Assembly (NCBI GenBank): GCA_035765775.1
Contig: DASTWV010000062.1
Span: 6,887 to 70,886, forward strand
Origin: Actinomycetota bacterium
GTDB lineage: Bacteria > Actinomycetota > CADDZG01 > JAHWKV01 > JAOPZY01
Reading direction: 5' to 3'
DNA length: 64,000 nt
Each line of letters begins with the position of its first letter. The stretch's first letter is position 1. A model generated the notes under the pieces. It saw nothing but the letters and a program-made list of their open reading frames with translations. It did no database searches and had not been told where the DNA came from. Below, piece after piece: positions 25,419-37,289 of the stretch. The translations under genes were made by a program, and so were the position numbers.

Positions 25419-26765
25419 ATGGGCCGGCTGTTCGGGACCGACGGCGTCCGGGGCATCGCCAACGTCGAGCTGACCCCGGAGATCGCCTTGGCGCTCGGCC
25501 GGGCGGCGGCCGCCGCGCTGGGCGCCCGCCACCAGCGCCCCAGCGTGCTGATCGTGCGGGACACCCGGCGCTCGGGTGACCTCCTGGAGGCTGCCCTGTC
25601 CGCCGGACTGCTCTCCGCCGGGGCGGATGTCACCCTGTGCGGCGTACTCCCCACCCCGGCGGCCGCCTTCCTGGCCACCGACCTCCGGGCCGATGCCGGG
25701 GCGGTGGTGTCGGCCTCCCACAACCCGGCGGAGCACAACGGGATCAAGTTCTTCGGCCGGGACGGCTACAAGCTGACCGATGCCGAGGAAGATGCCATCG
25801 AGGCCCTCGTGGGCCAGGAGGGCGAGGGGGTCATCGGCGGGGCGATCGGCCGGGTCACCACCGAGCCCGATGCCCAGGACCGCTACGTGGCACATGCGCT
25901 GCGCTCGCTCGAGGGACGGCGCCTGGAGGGCCTGAAGGTGGTGGTGGACTGCGCCCACGGGGCGGCCTACCAGACCAGCCCGCGGGCGCTCGCCGAGGCG
26001 GGGGCGGAGGTCATCGCGATCAACGTCCAGCCGGATGGCATGAACATCAACGTCGAGTGCGGCTCCACCTACCTGGAGGCGGTGGCCGAGGCCGTGGTGC
26101 GCCACCAGGCCGATGTGGGCCTGGCCCACGACGGCGACGCCGACCGGGTGCTGGCGGTGGATGCCCGGGGCAATGCCGTGGACGGCGACGCCATCATCGC
26201 CATCCTCGCCCTGGAGCTGCGGGAGCAGGGCCGCCTGCCGGGCAACGCCGTCGTCACCACGGTGATGGCCAACCTGGGCTTCCGGCTGGCGATGACCAAC
26301 GCCGGGATGGACCTGGTGGAGACTGCGGTGGGCGACCGCTACGTGATCGAGGCGATGCGCCGCCACGGCGCCGGCATCGGCGGGGAGCAGTCCGGCCACG
26401 TGATCCTCGCCGACTGCTCCACCACCGGCGACGGGCTGATCACCGGCCTCCGGCTGCTGGGGCGGATGGCGTCCAGCGGCGCCCCGCTGGCCGAGCTGGC
26501 CAAGGTGGTGGAGCGCTACCCGCAGGTGCTGGTCAACGTGCCGGTGAAGGACCGGGACGCGCTGCCCGAGGCCATCGGCGTGTGGGAGGCCGTCGCCCAG
26601 ATCCGCCTCGAGCTGGGCGACCTGGGCCGGGTGCTGGTGCGCCCGTCGGGGACCGAGGCCCTGGTGCGGGTCATGGTGGAGGCGGCCGACTCGGTCACCG
26701 CCAACGAGGCGGCGTCCACCATCGTCAACGTCGTCCTCCGGGAGCTGGGGGAGCCGGGGGCGTAA
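25419..26765 (+). CDS. glmM: phosphoglucosamine mutase
   Basis: It has MGRLFGTDGVRGIAN..., the phosphoserine loop VVSASHNPAEHNGIKFF, and HDGDADR. Confidence 0.95.
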   Translation: MGRLFGTDGVRGIANVELTPEIALALGRAAAAALGARHQRPSVLIVRDTRRSGDLLEAALSAGLLSAGADVTLCGVLPTPAAAFLATDLRADAGAVVSASHNPAEHNGIKFFGRDGYKLTDAEEDAIEALVGQEGEGVIGGAIGRVTTEPDAQDRYVAHALRSLEGRRLEGLKVVVDCAHGAAYQTSPRALAEAGAEVIAINVQPDGMNINVECGSTYLEAVAEAVVRHQADVGLAHDGDADRVLAVDARGNAVDGDAIIAILALELREQGRLPGNAVVTTVMANLGFRLAMTNAGMDLVETAVGDRYVIEAMRRHGAGIGGEQSGHVILADCSTTGDGLITGLRLLGRMASSGAPLAELAKVVERYPQVLVNVPVKDRDALPEAIGVWEAVAQIRLELGDLGRVLVRPSGTEALVRVMVEAADSVTANEAASTIVNVVLRELGEPGA

Positions 26766-26877
26766 GCTCAAGTTTCAGCCCTCGTATCCGATACTTAGCA
26801 GGTAGCAAGGAAGGGGGGATGCGACTGGGGGACTCTGACCCGGAACCAGCGGCGAGCGTTGCTGGAGCAACACAACC

Positions 26878-27030
26878 AGCGCCTGGACTCGGCCGGCCGG
26901 TAGCACAGCGGCCCCGAGTTGACGAGGAGAGGGATCTCGAAACATTCGGCGGGTGACCTCCGGCTGGCTACGGTCGTAACGGTGCCGACAAACCGTGGGA
27001 GCGATCCCACGTGACAAACCGGCACCGACG
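26878..27030 (+). ncRNA. glmS ribozyme: glmS glucosamine-6-phosphate-activated ribozyme
   Basis: A^GCGCCUGGACU... at 26878-26889 is the cleavage-site consensus AGCGCC. The core GUUGACGAGGAGAGGGAUCUCGAAACAUUCGGCGGGUGACCUCCGG closely matches the Bacillus/Thermoanaerobacter core GUUGACGAGG...AUCGA...UUCGGCGG(A/G)UGAC(U/C)CCCGG. The P4/P4.1 region is cggugccgACAAAccguggga...ucccacgUGACAAAccggcaccg. It ends ~65 nt before the glmS ATG. The boundaries are approximate. Confidence 0.85.
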
Positions 27031-27096
27031 TAGCGCAACTTCGCCGCGCGGACCCACGTGTGCTCTCTTGCGTAGGTAAAGGAGTGTGTCTCCGCT

Positions 27097-28938
<1,842 letters not shown>

Positions 28939-29082
28939 CCGCTCATCGGCGACGGCGAGGCCCTCGCCTCGGCCCTGGCCAAGATCGAGCATGGCATGCG
29001 GGCGGTGCCGATGAACGTGCCGCCGGCCCCGCCCAGAGTGGGTGCGGAGATTGGGCCACCAGCCGCATTCTTGGGAGCATGA
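28939..29082 (+). pseudogene. remnant of the C-terminal part of an HtpX/M48-type protease gene
   Basis: The 47 codons directly after, and in frame with, the glmS TAA read PLIGDGEALASALAKIEHGMRAVPMNVPPAPP.... This resembles the HtpX segment ...[27 protein letters not shown] as I recall it from M. tuberculosis HtpX. There is no start codon and no HExxH part. Confidence 0.4.
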
Positions 29083-29241
29083 ACCACCGTATATAGGTGG
29101 CTCAGCGTCACAGGAAGCTCCGGAAGTGGCGGCGATGGCATCCAGGCGGGGTTCCACAGGCAGATCACAGGGAATGCTGATGTTGACCTCAGGCCGCCCT
29201 GCGACGATCCCTCTGGGGGTACGCTCGGGCGCGGTGGACGC

Positions 29242-30474
29242 ATGACCGGCGCGGAGACCTGGGCTGCCGACCTGGCGGGCGGCGCGCTCATCGTGCTGAC
29301 CTCCCGCAGCGTGGCCCGCACGCTGTTGATGCCGGGCAGCCGGGCGGGGCTGCTGCTGCGTTGGATCGACGACGCCACCGACCGGATCTTCCGTGGCATC
29401 GCCCACTTCGTGGAAGGCCACGAGCGGCGCAGCCGGTTCCGGGCCGTCCATGCCCCCCTGATCCTGGCCACCCAGCTGTGGACCTGGCTGGCGCTCTATG
29501 GCCTCGCCTTCGCCCTGCTGCTCTGGCCGGTCCTCCACGGGTTTGGTGCGGCGCTGCGCGAGTCGGGGTCATCGTTGCTCACGATGGGGTTCGCCGCCAG
29601 CCGGGGCGGGCCGGCGACGACGCTGGACCTGGCGGCCGGGGCCACCGGGCTGATCGTCATCGCCCTGCAGATCGCCTACCTGCCCACGCTGTACACCGCC
29701 TTCAACCGCCGGGAGGCCGAGGTGACCCTGCTCGCCGTGCGGGCGGGCTCGCCGGCCTGGGGTCCCGAGCTCCTTGCCCGGGCGCAGCTCATGGGGGGGC
29801 TGCCCGAGCTCCCCGCCCTGTACGCCACCTGGGAGCGCTGGGCGGCCGAGCTGTCCGAGAGCCACTCCAGCTACCCCGTCCTCATGCGTTTCCAGTCCCC
29901 CAGGCCGCTCACCTCCTGGCTGATCGCCCTGCTGGCCACCCTGGATGCCGCCGCCCTGCAGGCCGCCATCTCGGGCGAGGTGGCCCTGCAGGCCCGCCTC
30001 TTCCTGCGCATGGGGTTCGGCTGCCTGCAGCAGCTGGCTTCGACGGTCGGGATCCCCTACAACCCCGACCCCCGGCCTGACGACGGCATCCGGCTGACCC
30101 GGGAGGAGTTCGATGTGGGCATCGCCCGCATGCAGGCCTACGGGTACCCGATCAACCGGCCGGTGGACGAGGTGTGGGTCCATTTCCAGGGGTGGCGGGT
30201 GAACTACGAGTCCATTGTCTACGCCCTCGCCTACGGGATCGATGCCCCCCCGTCCCTGTGGTCGGGGCCCCGCCGCTACCCCACCGATCCCATCCCGCCG
30301 GTCCGCCTGCTGGACCGGACCCCGGATGACCCCGACGGGGCCCGCCGGGTGCCGTGGGGCGGGTCGTTGAAGGACACGCGGGCCCGGACGCCCCGGGCGG
30401 CAGTCCGGGAGGTGGAGCGGGCCGAGCAGCGGGCCGATGAGCCCGCCGAGACCGGCGGACCGGCGGCCGAGTAA
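29242..30474 (+). CDS. conserved hypothetical membrane protein
   Basis: 410 aa with several TM helices (PLILATQLWTWLALYGLAFALLLWPVL, GATGLIVIALQIAYLPTLY). It occupies the position taken by uncharacterised TM proteins between glmS and nnr in mycobacteria. Confidence 0.6.
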   Translation: MTGAETWAADLAGGALIVLTSRSVARTLLMPGSRAGLLLRWIDDATDRIFRGIAHFVEGHERRSRFRAVHAPLILATQLWTWLALYGLAFALLLWPVLHGFGAALRESGSSLLTMGFAASRGGPATTLDLAAGATGLIVIALQIAYLPTLYTAFNRREAEVTLLAVRAGSPAWGPELLARAQLMGGLPELPALYATWERWAAELSESHSSYPVLMRFQSPRPLTSWLIALLATLDAAALQAAISGEVALQARLFLRMGFGCLQQLASTVGIPYNPDPRPDDGIRLTREEFDVGIARMQAYGYPINRPVDEVWVHFQGWRVNYESIVYALAYGIDAPPSLWSGPRRYPTDPIPPVRLLDRTPDDPDGARRVPWGGSLKDTRARTPRAAVREVERAEQRADEPAETGGPAAE

Positions 30475-30542
30475 GGCCAGGACCGCTCGGCTCGGCGCGG
30501 GCTGGGGGCTGGCGCCAGCCGTGCGGCGCCTAGAATGGCCCG

Positions 30543-32072
30543 GTGCAGCCTGTCCTGACCCCGGAAGAGATGGGGGCGGCCGACCGGGCCACGATTGCCG
30601 CCGGTACCCCTTCCCATTCCCTCATGGAGCGCGCCGGGCGGGCAGTGGCCCAGGTGGCCGTGGGGATGGCCGGTGGAGCCTACGGGCGCCGCATCCTCGT
30701 GGTCTGCGGGCGGGGCAACAACGCCGGGGACGGCTTCGTGTCCGCCCGCCTGCTGGCGGACTGGGGGGCCTATCCCGTGGTCGCCTGCCTCCACGGCCCC
30801 GACGAGCTCTCGGGCGACGCCCTCACCAACTTCCACAAGCTCAAGAACATCCGCCGCTTCCGCTCCGAGCCCATCAGGTTCGCCCGTGAGCTGGCCCAGT
30901 GCGATCTCGTGGTCGATGCCCTCTTCGGGACCGGCTTCCGGGGGTCGCTGACCGGGCCGGCCGCCGACGCCGTCAACGCCATCAACGCCCGACGCCGCCC
31001 CGTCCTGGCGGTCGATATCCCCAGCGGCGTGAACGGCGCCACCGGCGAGATCGCCGGCCCCGCGATCCACGCCGATGTCACCGTCACCATGGCGGCCCGC
31101 AAGCTGGGCCTGCTCTTGTACCCGGGATCGGCTGCTGCGGGGCGGATCGAGGTGGTGGACATCGGCATCGCCATGCCGTCCCCGCCCGCGGTGGCGGGCA
31201 TGCCGGAGGAGGGCGACGTGGCCGCCGCCCTCGGCCCCCGCCCGCTCGACGCCCACAAGCGCAGCGTGGGCACCGTCTTGGTGGTAGCCGGGTCCCGGGG
31301 CATGATGGGCGCCGCCGCGCTCGCCACCCGGGCAGCCCTGCGGGCGGGGGCCGGGCTGGCGGCGCTGGCGACGATCCGCTCGGTGGCCTCGGCTCAGGAC
31401 CTCGGTGTGCTGGAGGCCACCACCCTCGGCCTGCCCGAGACCGCAGAAGGGACGCTGGGGGCGGGGTCCGTCGCACCGGTGCTGGCCCGGGCAGAGGGGG
31501 TGTCGGCCGTGGCCATCGGCCCCGGGCTCACCGCCGCACCGCAGACGGCGGAGGCCGTCCGGGCGCTGGCGCAGCAGCTCGGCCGCCCGCTCGTCCTCGA
31601 CGCCGACGGGCTCAATGCGATTGCCGGCGACACCGACATCCTCGCCGCCCGCCTGGCCCCCACCGTCGTGACCCCGCACCCCGGGGAGCTCAGCCGCCTC
31701 CTGCAGACCTCCACCGCCGCCATCCAGGCCGACCGCCTCGGCTCGGCCACCACGGCGGCCCGCCTCCTGCATGCGGTCGTGGTGCTGAAGGGCTACCGCA
31801 GCATCGTGGCCTCCCCGGGGGGCGAGGTGGCGGTGGTGACCACCGGCGGCCCGGCCCTCGCCACCGGCGGGACCGGCGATGTGCTGACCGGCGTGACCGT
31901 GGCCTTCCTCGCCGCCGGGCTCGCCCCGTTCACTGCGGCCTGGGCGGCGGCCTGGGTGCACGGCCGGGCGGGCGACGTCCTCGCCCAGCGCATCGGCGTC
32001 CGGGGTACGCTCGCCGGCGACCTGCCCGACGCGGTGGCAGGGGTGCTGCGCGAGCTGGAGGGGGCATGGTGA
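30543..32072 (+). CDS. nnr: bifunctional NAD(P)H-hydrate repair enzyme (epimerase/ADP-dependent dehydratase)
   Basis: It has the YjeF_N motif VVCGRGNNAGDGFV and a C-terminal carbohydrate-kinase-like domain ...TTGGPALATGGTGDVLTG. Confidence 0.9.
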   Translation: MQPVLTPEEMGAADRATIAAGTPSHSLMERAGRAVAQVAVGMAGGAYGRRILVVCGRGNNAGDGFVSARLLADWGAYPVVACLHGPDELSGDALTNFHKLKNIRRFRSEPIRFARELAQCDLVVDALFGTGFRGSLTGPAADAVNAINARRRPVLAVDIPSGVNGATGEIAGPAIHADVTVTMAARKLGLLLYPGSAAAGRIEVVDIGIAMPSPPAVAGMPEEGDVAAALGPRPLDAHKRSVGTVLVVAGSRGMMGAAALATRAALRAGAGLAALATIRSVASAQDLGVLEATTLGLPETAEGTLGAGSVAPVLARAEGVSAVAIGPGLTAAPQTAEAVRALAQQLGRPLVLDADGLNAIAGDTDILAARLAPTVVTPHPGELSRLLQTSTAAIQADRLGSATTAARLLHAVVVLKGYRSIVASPGGEVAVVTTGGPALATGGTGDVLTGVTVAFLAAGLAPFTAAWAAAWVHGRAGDVLAQRIGVRGTLAGDLPDAVAGVLRELEGAW

Positions 32073-32202
32073 CCAGGGAGGGGAATGCTGTGTGCATGCG
32101 CTATGACCGCCCCGCCGGCTGGGCCTGCGGCGAGTCTGTGAGTGCTGAGGCCCGCATGGCACCCCCAGGCACTCACAGACAACTTCCGAGGGGGAGGCGG
32201 CC

Positions 32203-33330
32203 GTGAACCTGGACCGCGACGAGCTCACCGTCTGGGCCGAGGTGGACGTCGGCGCCATCCGGCGCAACACCGAGCGCCTGCGCGGCCTGCTCAGCCCGGG
32301 CACCGAACTGTTGGCGGTGGTCAAGGCGGACGGCTACGGCCACGGAGCGATCGCGGTCGCCCGCGCTGCCCTGGCCGGGGGTGCCGGCTGGCTGGGCGTC
32401 GCCCGGGTCCACGAGGGTGAGGCCCTGCGGGAAGCCGGGATCACCGCTCCCATCCTGCTGCTGGCCGAGCCGGTGGCGGGCGCCACCGCCAAGGCGGTGG
32501 CACTGGGGCTGACGCCCACGCTGTACACCGCGGAAAGTGCCCGCCGGATCGCCGCCGCCGCCCGCCAGGCCGGGACGAAGCTGCCTGTGCACGTGAAGGT
32601 GGACACCGGCATGCACCGCTACGGAGTGCCGCCCCACGCCGTCCCCGGGTTCCTGGAGGGCCTCCGGGATGAGCCCGCTCTCGATCTACAGGGGATCTGG
32701 TCGCACTTCGCTGTGGCCGAGGATGTCCTCAACCCCTACACCAAGGCCCAGTTCGAGGCCTTCTCCGATGTCCTCGAGGGCCTGGGGCGCCGGGCTGACG
32801 GGCTGATCCGCCACATGGCCAACTCGGCCGCCACGCTGAGCTTCCCCGAGGCGCACCTCGACATGGTGCGCTCCGGCATCGCGGTGTACGGCATCCACCC
32901 GGACCCCGGCCTCGCCGACCGCCTGGAGCTGGAGCCGGCGATGTCGTTCCGTACCCGGGTGGGGTTCACCAAGACCCTGGCCGCCGGGGAGTCCGTGTCC
33001 TATGGCCAGCGCTACGTGATGCCGGCCGAGGGCCACGTGGCCAGCATCCCGTGCGGCTACGCCGACGGGTTCCGCCGGGCACTCACCAATCAGGGCGAGG
33101 TGCTGATCCGGGGGCGGCGCTACCGGGTGGCGGGCACCGTGACCATGGACCACCTGATGGTGGACGCCGGTGAGGACGAGCTGGCCCCGGGGGACGAGGT
33201 CACCATTCTGGGCCGGCAGGAGGGCGACGCGATCACCGCCCAGGAGGTGGCCACCCGGCTGGGGACCATCCCCTATGAGGTGGTCTGCGGCCTCAGCGCC
33301 CGGGTTCCGCGGCTTTACGTGGACTCCTAG
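32203..33330 (+). CDS. alr: alanine racemase
   Basis: It has the PLP-lysine motif AVVKADGYGHGA and the C-terminal ...GTIPYEVVCGLSARVPRLY. Confidence 0.95.
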   Translation: MNLDRDELTVWAEVDVGAIRRNTERLRGLLSPGTELLAVVKADGYGHGAIAVARAALAGGAGWLGVARVHEGEALREAGITAPILLLAEPVAGATAKAVALGLTPTLYTAESARRIAAAARQAGTKLPVHVKVDTGMHRYGVPPHAVPGFLEGLRDEPALDLQGIWSHFAVAEDVLNPYTKAQFEAFSDVLEGLGRRADGLIRHMANSAATLSFPEAHLDMVRSGIAVYGIHPDPGLADRLELEPAMSFRTRVGFTKTLAAGESVSYGQRYVMPAEGHVASIPCGYADGFRRALTNQGEVLIRGRRYRVAGTVTMDHLMVDAGEDELAPGDEVTILGRQEGDAITAQEVATRLGTIPYEVVCGLSARVPRLYVDS

Positions 33331-33502
33331 AGCCCGTCCCCGCACTGGGTTCGTCAACCCCCCCCGCCGGTATCATGACCGTGAGGAAGCACCACAGGGA
33401 CTGCCCGCGCGTGCCGCCCAGAGCCGGGTGGGGCGAGCGGTGCACGGGCTCGGCAAACGGCGGAGCCGGAGGCGGAGCGCCATCTCGGCGAGGGGAGGGG
33501 CG

Positions 33503-34177
33503 GTGACCTGGGAGACGCTGGCCGAGGTTCGCGCCGAGGCGCTCGGCTGCACCCGGTGCCGCCTGTCAGCCGGCCGCACCCAGGTGGTCTGGATGGACGG
33601 CAACCCTGACTCGTCGCTCATGTTCGTCGGGGAGGCCCCCGGGTTCCATGAGGACCGCCAGGGGCTGCCCTTCGTCGGCGCCGCCGGGCAGCTGCTGGAC
33701 AGCATGCTCGCCACCATCGGCCTGGACCGCACCGGGTGCTGCATCTGCAATGTCCTCAAGTGCCGGCCGCCGGGTAACCGGGACCCGATGCCGGACGAGA
33801 TCGACGCCTGCCGCCCCTACCTTTCGGCGCAGCTGGGCTTCATCAAGCCCCGGGTGATCGTCACGCTGGGCAACTTCGCCACCCGGTTCGTCCTGGACCG
33901 CCAGGTGTCGATCTCCCGGGTGCGCGGGCAGCGCTTCACCATCGGCGGAGCCACCGTCGTGCCCACGTTCCACCCCGCCGCCGTGTTGCACGGGGGCGGC
34001 GGCGCCTCCCCGCAGATGACCGCCCTGCGGGACGACTTCGCCCTGATCGCAGCCATCCTGGCCGAGCCGCCCCCCGCCCCGCCCGCCCCGCCTGAGCCCC
34101 CCGAGGCGCCCGCCCGGCGGGCCGACGGGAGTGAGGCGGCGGAGCTCGAGCCCTACGAGCAGGACGCCCTCTTCTGA
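33503..34177 (+). CDS. uracil-DNA glycosylase, family 4
   Basis: It has CTRCRLS...[26 protein letters not shown]...[14 protein letters not shown]...HPAAVL. The start is uncertain, with in-frame GTGs at 33428, 33440 and 33503. Confidence 0.85.
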   Translation: MTWETLAEVRAEALGCTRCRLSAGRTQVVWMDGNPDSSLMFVGEAPGFHEDRQGLPFVGAAGQLLDSMLATIGLDRTGCCICNVLKCRPPGNRDPMPDEIDACRPYLSAQLGFIKPRVIVTLGNFATRFVLDRQVSISRVRGQRFTIGGATVVPTFHPAAVLHGGGGASPQMTALRDDFALIAAILAEPPPAPPAPPEPPEAPARRADGSEAAELEPYEQDALF

Positions 34178-34797
34178 TGCCGCCCTTCCCACCCGGGCAT
34201 CTCCCGGGCCGCTTCCCCGGCGCCTCGTCCAACCACCGGTCTCTGGAGCTGGAGTCCGGGTCGCCTGAGCAGACCCGGCGCCTGGCGATGTCGCTCAGCC
34301 CGCTGCTGCACCCGGGCGACGTTGTGGCGCTGGGTGGGGACCTGGGCGCCGGCAAGACCACCTTCGTCCAGGGCCTGGCGGCCGGGCTGGGGATCCCGGA
34401 CCGGGTGACGAGCCCGACCTTCATCCTGATGCGCGAGTACCTTGGGGGCCGGTACCCATTGATCCACATGGATGTCTACCGCCTGGAGCGGATGCAGGAG
34501 GTGGTGGACCTGGGCTACGACGAATTCCTGGACCCGGGCCACATCGTCGTGGTCGAGTGGGGGGACATGGTGGAGCCGCTGCTGCCCAAGGAGCACCTCA
34601 GCATCCACATGCGCTACGGCGCGGCGGGCGATCCGTTCGGCCCGTCCCGGGACACCGTGCGCCAGATCTCGCTCCGGCCCCACGGGGCGCTGTGGGAGAA
34701 GCGCATGCAGACCGCCCAGGTGCTCGTCGAGGGCGTGGTCTCACCCAGTCCGGGCCCCGATGACGGCCCCGACCACCCGCGCGGGGAGGGCCGCTAG
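34177..34797 (+). CDS. tsaE: tRNA t6A37 biosynthesis ATPase TsaE
   Basis: It has [14 protein letters not shown]...[12 protein letters not shown]...HMDVYRL. The ATG overlaps the UDG stop (TGATG). It carries a ~50-aa C-terminal extension. Confidence 0.9.
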   Translation: MPPFPPGHLPGRFPGASSNHRSLELESGSPEQTRRLAMSLSPLLHPGDVVALGGDLGAGKTTFVQGLAAGLGIPDRVTSPTFILMREYLGGRYPLIHMDVYRLERMQEVVDLGYDEFLDPGHIVVVEWGDMVEPLLPKEHLSIHMRYGAAGDPFGPSRDTVRQISLRPHGALWEKRMQTAQVLVEGVVSPSPGPDDGPDHPRGEGR

Positions 34798-35496
34798 ATG
34801 CTGGTGCTGGGCATCGAGACCTCCACCCCCCAGGCGTCGGTCACCATCGGCTCCGAGCAGGGCATCATCGGCTCCTGCACGATCTCCCGAGGGGCGGCCT
34901 ACGGCGAGTTCCTGCTGCCCGCGGTCGAGTTCCTCATGCGCCAGTCGGGGCTCACCTACCGCCAGCTCTCCGCCCTGGCGATCGGCCTGGGGCCGGGGCT
35001 CTTCACCGGCATGCGGGTGGGCGTCGCCACCGCCAAGACCCTGGCCCAGGCGCTCTCGGTGCCCATCGTCGGGGTGCCCTCCCTTGATCTGCTCGCCTTC
35101 GACGCCCGCTACACCGCCAAGGTGATCTGCCCGGTGCTGGACGCCAAGCGGGGCGAGGTGTTCTTCGCCTTCTACCGCCAGGTCCCGGGAGGCATCACCC
35201 GGGTCAGCGAGTACCAGGTCGGCTCGCCCGAGCGCCTCGCCGCCGAGTTCGACGCCCAGGGGTCCGAGGTCCTCGCCATCGGGAATGGGGCCCTGCTGTA
35301 CCGGGCTAAGCTGGAGGTGGCGGAGAGAGTGGAGTTGGGCACGATGACGCATGCATTCCCCCGGTCGGCCGCACTGATCGATCTCGCCCTGCCCCGCCTC
35401 GTCCGGGAGGACTTCGACCGCCTGTTCGATATCGAGCCCATGTACATGCGGCGCACCCAGGCCGAAATCAACTGGGACGCCCGCAGCCTCCGGTGA
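34798..35496 (+). CDS. tsaB: tRNA t6A37 biosynthesis protein TsaB
   Basis: It has MLVLGIETSTPQASVTIG...GPGLFTGMRVGVATAKTLA. Confidence 0.9.
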   Translation: MLVLGIETSTPQASVTIGSEQGIIGSCTISRGAAYGEFLLPAVEFLMRQSGLTYRQLSALAIGLGPGLFTGMRVGVATAKTLAQALSVPIVGVPSLDLLAFDARYTAKVICPVLDAKRGEVFFAFYRQVPGGITRVSEYQVGSPERLAAEFDAQGSEVLAIGNGALLYRAKLEVAERVELGTMTHAFPRSAALIDLALPRLVREDFDRLFDIEPMYMRRTQAEINWDARSLR

Positions 35497-35503
35497 CCTC
35501 CCG

Positions 35504-36067
35504 ATGAGCGCCCTTCCCCACCCGCCCCAGATCGACCCGCAGGCCGTCGAGCTGGTGGTCATGCGCCGCCGCCACCTGCGCCAGGTGCTGCGCATCGAGT
35601 CACAGGTGTACCCCCGGCCGTGGAGCGCAGCCCTCTTCCTGCAGGAGATGAGCCGCAAGACCGACCGGGCCTACCTGGTAGCCCGTTACGACGCCCAGGT
35701 GATCGGGTACGGGGGCGTCATGATCGCCCCGCCGGAAGCCCACATCACCACGATCGCGGTCGATCCCGGCTACCACCGCAACCACATCGGGACCAAGCTC
35801 ATGCTGGGCCTCATCGACTCCGCCACGAACCGGGGGTGCCGCTCGGTGTCGCTCGAGGTCCGCAAGTCCAATCTCGGGGCCCAGAAGATGTACGAAGCCT
35901 TCGGGTTCCGCCCGGTGGGCGTGCGCCGGGGCTACTACGTCGAGACCGGCGAGGACGCCATTGTCATGTGGGTGGAAGGGGTGGACCTGCCGAAGTACGG
36001 CGAGGTCCTCGACCGCCACCGGGCCACGATCACCCACGTCGGCGGGGGTGATGCCGGTGCCTCCTAG
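35504..36067 (+). CDS. rimI: ribosomal-protein-alanine N-acetyltransferase
   Basis: GNAT fold with ITTIAVDPGYHRNHIGTKLM...LEVRKSNLGAQKMYEAFGF. It sits in the position between tsaB and tsaD. Confidence 0.88.
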   Translation: MSALPHPPQIDPQAVELVVMRRRHLRQVLRIESQVYPRPWSAALFLQEMSRKTDRAYLVARYDAQVIGYGGVMIAPPEAHITTIAVDPGYHRNHIGTKLMLGLIDSATNRGCRSVSLEVRKSNLGAQKMYEAFGFRPVGVRRGYYVETGEDAIVMWVEGVDLPKYGEVLDRHRATITHVGGGDAGAS

Positions 36068-37220
36068 CCGCTCCTCCGAGTCCGCGGTGGCCGGGATCGT
36101 CGAGGTCCCGGTGCGGGAGGATCTGCGCAGCGACCTCGACCTGGGGCCGGATGACCCCGAAGGCCTGGGGGTCGAGCCCCTGCCCGAGCGCCAGGTATTG
36201 GGCGACCTCCAACAGGAGACCCTGATCCTGGCCATCGAGACCTCGTGCGACGAAACCTCGGTGGCGGTGCTCCAGGGCGAGAGCAAGCTCCTGGCCAATG
36301 TCGTGTCCTCGCAGTCGGCTCTCCACGAGCGCTACGGCGGCATCGTGCCCGAGCTGGCCTCCCGGGCGCACGTCCAGGCGATCAACCCGGCCCTGGCCGA
36401 GGCGTTGCGCCAGGCCGATGTCACCTTCTGGGACCTCGACGCCGTCGCGGTCACCATAGGCCCCGGCCTCATCGGGTCCCTGGTGGTCGGTGTGGCGGCG
36501 GCCAAGTCGCTCGCCGCCCTCCTGGAGGTGCCTCTCGTCGGGGTCAACCACCTGGAGGCCCACATCTACGCCAACTTCCTGGAGCACCCGGCGTGCGAGC
36601 CGCCGCTCATCGCCCTCATCGTCTCCGGGGGCCACACCATGCTGGTCCACATGCCCGCCCACGGCGAGTACGAGCTGCTGGGCGAGACGCTGGACGATGC
36701 CGCCGGCGAGGCCTTCGACAAGGTGGCCCGCTACCTGGCCCTCGGCTACCCGGGCGGGCCGGTGGTGGACAAGATGGCGGCCAGCGGGAACCCGATCGCC
36801 ATCGCCTTCCCCCGCCCGATGCTCCGGGAGGGCTACGACTTCTCCTTCTCCGGCCTCAAGACTGCGGTGCTCACCTACGTCGAGGGCCAGCGCCGGGCGG
36901 GCAACGAGCCCGACACCGCCGACCTGTGCGCCTCGTTCCAGGAGGCCCTGGTGGACTGCCTGGTCACCAAGACCCTGAAGGCGGCCCGGGAGCGGGAGGT
37001 CCCCACGGTGGTGATCGCCGGCGGCGTGGCGGCCAACTCCCGGCTGCGGGAGGCCATCGGCGTGGGCTGCGAGCAGGCCAACCTGCGCCTGTTCTACCCG
37101 TCGCCCGGGCTCTGCACGGACAACGCCGCCATGGTGGCCGGCTGCGGGTACCATCGCTACCGCCGGGGGGTGCGGGCCTCGCTGGACGTCAGCCCGGACC
37201 CCAACCTGCCCATCGTCTGA
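36051..37220 (+). CDS. tsaD: tRNA N6-adenosine threonylcarbamoyltransferase TsaD
   Basis: It has ILAIETSCDETSVAV...GGIVPELASRAHV...VNHLEAHI...SGGHT. The ATG at 36051 (GTG at 36048) overlaps the rimI end and gives a ~60-aa N-terminal extension. A later TTG near 36198 is possible. Confidence 0.92.
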   Translation: MPVPPSRSSESAVAGIVEVPVREDLRSDLDLGPDDPEGLGVEPLPERQVLGDLQQETLILAIETSCDETSVAVLQGESKLLANVVSSQSALHERYGGIVPELASRAHVQAINPALAEALRQADVTFWDLDAVAVTIGPGLIGSLVVGVAAAKSLAALLEVPLVGVNHLEAHIYANFLEHPACEPPLIALIVSGGHTMLVHMPAHGEYELLGETLDDAAGEAFDKVARYLALGYPGGPVVDKMAASGNPIAIAFPRPMLREGYDFSFSGLKTAVLTYVEGQRRAGNEPDTADLCASFQEALVDCLVTKTLKAAREREVPTVVIAGGVAANSRLREAIGVGCEQANLRLFYPSPGLCTDNAAMVAGCGYHRYRRGVRASLDVSPDPNLPIV

Positions 37221-37256
37221 GCTCCGCTCGCGCTCCGCGCCCTTCTGAGGTCGGGT

Positions 37257-37285
37257 TTGACGCTCGGGGGTGCCTCCGGTAGCAT
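37257..37285 (+). promoter_or_regulatory. groES promoter
   Basis: TTGACG (37257-37262), a 17-nt spacer, then TAGCAT (37280-37285), immediately upstream of the CIRCE element. Confidence 0.65.
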
Positions 37286-37289
37286 GCCA

